The position numbers were made by a program, and so were the translations under genes. The notes beneath the pieces were generated by a model. That model had not been told where the DNA came from. It saw nothing but the letters and a program-made list of their open reading frames with translations, and did not search any database. DNA of 63,540 nucleotides, the filler included, from Jimgerdemannia flammicorona (lineage: Eukaryota), in NCBI GenBank assembly GCA_003990765.1. It is 2 parts of 2 records of this genome, joined end to end, with 100 filler letters (N's around TTAATTAATTAA, not from the genome) between each part and the next. Parts side by side here need not be neighbours in the genome. Positions count along the whole stretch, not along the records: positions 31,839 to 63,540 come from RBNJ01000383.1; 1 more part is not named here. One strand, written 5' to 3'. Below are positions 62,101 through 63,540 of the stretch, in pieces. Positions within the stretch are counted from its first letter, which is position 1. Each line of letters opens with the position of its first letter.

Positions 62101-63540
62101 TACTGACAAACCCTCACACCTCCAGCAGGAAACCTTTGCCTGAATGTCCTCTACCCATGAATCCCACAACCTCTTCTCCACCAGCAGAGAGGAGTTAAGG
62201 CACCAATGTCTGGGTCCATCTCCACTCCCCCCACACTGCCCCTGCCCCAATAGTCCCCAGTGATCAGACCATGGGCACCATTCCACCTTCAATATCTTCC
62301 AGACATCAGACCCCCAGCATTCTGCTGTCAGAATCCAGTCAATCTTTGTATCTAAGCCATTCACCCAATACATGTAGACCCTGGAGTTGCCCCATCATGT
62401 TCTGCCCATATCCCCTAAGGAGCTTAGCCTCTCCACCTCCTCCCAAGTATCCAGGCCTCCACTTCTCCCTCCTGTACTCCTCCCACCATCAGTTCGGTCC
62501 AGATGCTGATCCTGAACCATATTAAAGTCCCCCCAAGCACATCAACCCCTTCCTCCAAGAGAATACCCCCCTCTAGCAGCTCCTCAATCCATGCAATCCT
62601 CTCTCCCCTAACTGCAGAGTAGTAGCAAGAACCAACCCTCACCAACTCTCACCCCAGCCAATGCCAATTTCCCCAGACCAAGCGATCACCCCAGCTCCCA
62701 ATACCCCCCAAGTCTTCTCTACCCTTCCTTACCAGAATTGCCACTTTTTCAAACCAAGCAGTAACTCTATTTCCTAGTCCACTCAACCCGATCATCCTCA
62801 TCCTCATACCGAACATCCTACAGTAAAAAGAGATCGGCCTCCAATCCCTTGAGCCAATTAAAAATGTTCTTATGCTGCCCAGATCCCCTTAGCCCATTCA
62901 CATTCAAAGAGAAAATGTTGGTTGTACTGTTCATAAGAAATAATGTTATATACTGATCTCATCCTCTACAAGTCCTCATTTGGCTCCTCCTGTACCAAGT
63001 CCAAGTTATATTCAGCAGCTAGTTCCTTTTCTTCAGCTTCCTGCACCACCAACCCTCCCAGAAGTTCTACCATTACCCCATCTTCTCACTCCTCAAAGTC
63101 CTTGTGATATTCTAGATAGGCCTCCTGCCAGAACTGCAAACTATGCTGCTCTGCCCAACAATATGCTACCTGCTCACCAGTGACCACCGCCAGCTCAACC
63201 CTCCTCACCTCATCAACCTCATACCCCTCCTCCTCTAGGAAAATTGAAAGAATCTCCCCCTTCAGTGCCTCCACCACTCCCTCACCTCACAAAATCTGTG
63301 TCCAGTGCTCCTCAGGCATCACCTGCAGGTCCACTTCCCCCAAAGTCTCAGCTGTGAGGTTATCCATCACCTTACTCATCCACAGCAAGTTCCCCACCTC
63401 CTTCCCTCCTGGAGTCCCCAGCCATCCTATGTCCAACATTGTGGTATCAGTCCCTACACTGGCAGCCTCATCCCACTCCTCCTCAGGGACATTCACCACA
63501 GTAAGTCACTCTTTGGCTTACTTGTCCTTTTTGTCAAAAA
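59193..63540 (-). mobile_element. Second L1/Tx1-like LINE of a related subfamily, 5' end beyond the window (ORF2 about 62934-59283)
   Basis: Poly(T) at 59193-59217. Same ORF2 start MNSTTNIFSLNVNGL, plus WSDHWG, GVPQGNPLSP, FVNDMV and terminal PPxGIG*. Confidence 0.95.

Overview
Eukaryotic, intron-rich fungal DNA. The protein set and short GT-AG introns suggest an early-diverging fungus such as Mucoromycota/Endogonales, but this is an inference. The window is two unrelated-looking segments joined by an artificial 100-bp linker (N44-TTAATTAATTAA-N44, 31739-31838). Each segment has a compact, CpG-rich gene island next to a CpG-poor, heavily decayed transposon nest. Left nest (1-15.2 kb): a dUTPase-carrying Ty3/Gypsy element cut in its RT by a complete 4.7-kb hAT element with an intron-containing transposase, a decayed passenger ORF and a symmetric 139-bp palindrome. 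A solo LTR and poly(A) retro-fragments follow. Left genes: divergent GT15/KRE2-like, promethin/LDAF1-like, stand-alone WWE, proline-racemase-family (Cys/Cys), a conserved unknown, ATG3, FBXO9/Hrt3-like and PAN3. Right genes: UTP20, an AN1 zinc finger (Cuz1/ZFAND1-like), a LysM protein, an acidic disordered protein and GPI2/PIG-C with a zinc-ribbon-like first exon. Right nest (51.4-63.5 kb): two tail-to-tail L1-like LINEs with nested fragments between them. No prokaryote-style system (CRISPR, operon) is present. The strongest leads are repeat-restricted G:C->A:T hypermutation in non-CpG contexts (RIP-like), the cargo-bearing hAT element, and several host proteins with altered catalytic or domain signatures. 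Exon boundaries were read by eye and repeat coordinates are approximate.
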